Of a stretch of 64,000 nt of DNA, positions 62,538 through 64,000 are shown one piece after another. This stretch comes from Gekko japonicus (lineage: Eukaryota). The translations under genes were made by a program, and so were the position numbers. Position 1 is the first letter of the stretch; every line of letters starts with the position of its first letter. The notes under the pieces are model-generated. The model saw only the letters and a program-made list of their open reading frames with translations. It was not told the origin of the DNA and did not search any database. The DNA is taken from contig NW_015176015.1 of assembly GCF_001447785.1 (NCBI RefSeq), positions 364,609 through 428,608 on the forward strand, read 5' to 3'.

Positions 62538-63684
62538 CTATGGCCAACTGACCTGGAGGACAAAGAGCTTCGTGATGACTGGGTGAAAGCCTCTGCAGGT
62601 TCTGTAGTGGCATGGTTCTATTGCCTACATGTTAATGTATACATGTGATGTAAAACTGGTGGTAAGTATTCAAGTTGGACACAGAACAGGATCAGTGTCT
62701 TGAACTCTTGTAGAGACAGATACTTTCCTTGATCATGATCAACCAATAAACTATATTGCATATAGTTTTGTTTATTTGGACTCCTTCAACTGACTCCAAT
62801 AACATTTTAATTTCTTCATCAAATGCTAACAACTGGGACATATCCATGTGCACTCTTTTAGGGAGGAAAATTATCTCAGGCTCCACAATCACTTTCCAGC
62901 AAATTTTGTGAAATAGATTTGGAAAGGCAAAGCTGTTTGTAATAATTTAAGAGACAACAGGAAAATGATTGGTTAAAATCTTTGAGTCAATCTAGCCCTT
63001 ATCAATCACTCTAGCCCTTTTTAGTCATTATGCTTTACCATGAATATGAGAACATAATACAGACAATCCAACGTAATTACTGAAAAGAGCTACAAAATGG
63101 AACAGTTCATCAGTGGAGCTGTGAAAATCAAGAGAAATTCTGCAAAGTCAATAGTGCCCCCAGAATTTATTATTACATCTCAAGCTCAGCTAATTTTTCT
63201 CCTGCTAATTCTTCTGAAGTTTTTCTATGATTCAAGTGAAATGATTGGGGGGAAAGACACATGAATATGCCTTCCACAATTGATTTTAATGGCAAATATC
63301 TTTGGATTATCCTGTTTGGCTTGTTACCTTACAACACAACCAGGAAAATATTTGTGTGCCTAAAAGATATGACCTATCAATCTATTTCTGTATTTCCTTA
63401 TAACATTTAGAGGCCACCTTTCCTCCAGAACAGGTCTCAAGCCAACATTTATGGAGGTCATGATCCAACAAGACAGACACCTGTTCAAGGGATAGGGCAA
63501 TACTGTATCAGGTACCCAGCACAAATCAACTTACTCACCTTGAAGACAAATAATTGAGGAACCATGAACACATTCTTAGAAGTAAGGTGAGCAGAATGGG
63601 TAAAAGTCATAATTACTGAAAAGAGCTACAAAATGGAACAGTTCATCAGTGGAGCTGTGAAAATCAAGAGAAATTCTGACCTCC

Positions 63685-63846
63685 ATATGAAGCTGCCTTA
63701 TACTGAAACAGACCGTTGCTCTATCAAAGTCAGTACTTTCTCCTCAGACAGTCAGTGGTTCTCCAGAGTCTCAGGGTGAGCTCCTTCACATCTCCTCCTA
63801 CCTAATCCTTTTAATTAGAGATGCAGGGGATTGAACCTGGGACCTC
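63685..63846 (-). mobile_element. Squam2-like SINE, 5'-truncated
   Basis: atgaagctgccttatactga...ggggattgaacctgggacct. Confidence 0.8.
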
Positions 63847-64000
63847 CCTTTCCGGCTCCCATCTCTCACAAATGTAGTGACAACATTGGGGAAGAAAGGT
63901 TTCAGCTGGTCTCTCTTTTTAAATTATTGTTAAAAAAATAATGCTCAAAAAGGGAATACTCAGTTCTCTCACTTTGGTGCAGGTAAGCAGGAAGGAACAG

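Noticed and set aside
62692-62922. Protein-looking ORF EPEIIFLPKRVHMDMSQLLAFDEEIKMLLESVEGVQ
   Set aside because: No identifiable homolog or convincing donor; cannot be supported without a search.

Overview
Eukaryotic (squamate reptile, most likely gecko-lineage judging by the SINE/MITE repertoire) genomic DNA with four N-gaps. The window is almost entirely intronic. The one securely identifiable host coding exon is a 60-nt minus-strand exon at 14603-14662 encoding (D)[19 protein letters not shown](V), i.e. exon 3 of a CaMKII gene. HPNI argues against CAMK2B; the codon usage looks CAMK2G-like, but CAMK2D/A are not excluded. I could not find exon 2 or exon 4 by eye, so 14663-64000 is probably intron 2 and 1-14602 intron 3. 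The rest is a dense mosaic of mobile DNA: Sauria/Squam1, Squam2-like, Squam3-like and 5S-derived SINEs, L2 and CR1 fragments, a Penelope-like GIY-YIG fragment with hammerhead-ribozyme relics, a Helitron 3' end, a solo LTR, and many hAT and PIF/Harbinger-type MITEs with verifiable TSDs. The most interesting unexplained signal is a repeat-free intron-2 segment (~29.7-31.5 kb) containing a candidate alternative exon (30286-30397, minus). It would stop the canonical ORF (GMDDP*) and also supplies a strong-Kozak ATG in frame with exon 3 ([12 protein letters not shown]...), predicting a CaMKII lacking the ATP-binding loop and catalytic lysine. Almost all ORF-track entries are spurious or repeat-derived. 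No prokaryotic features or CRISPR arrays were seen. Family names are from recognition of sequence hallmarks, not database searches.
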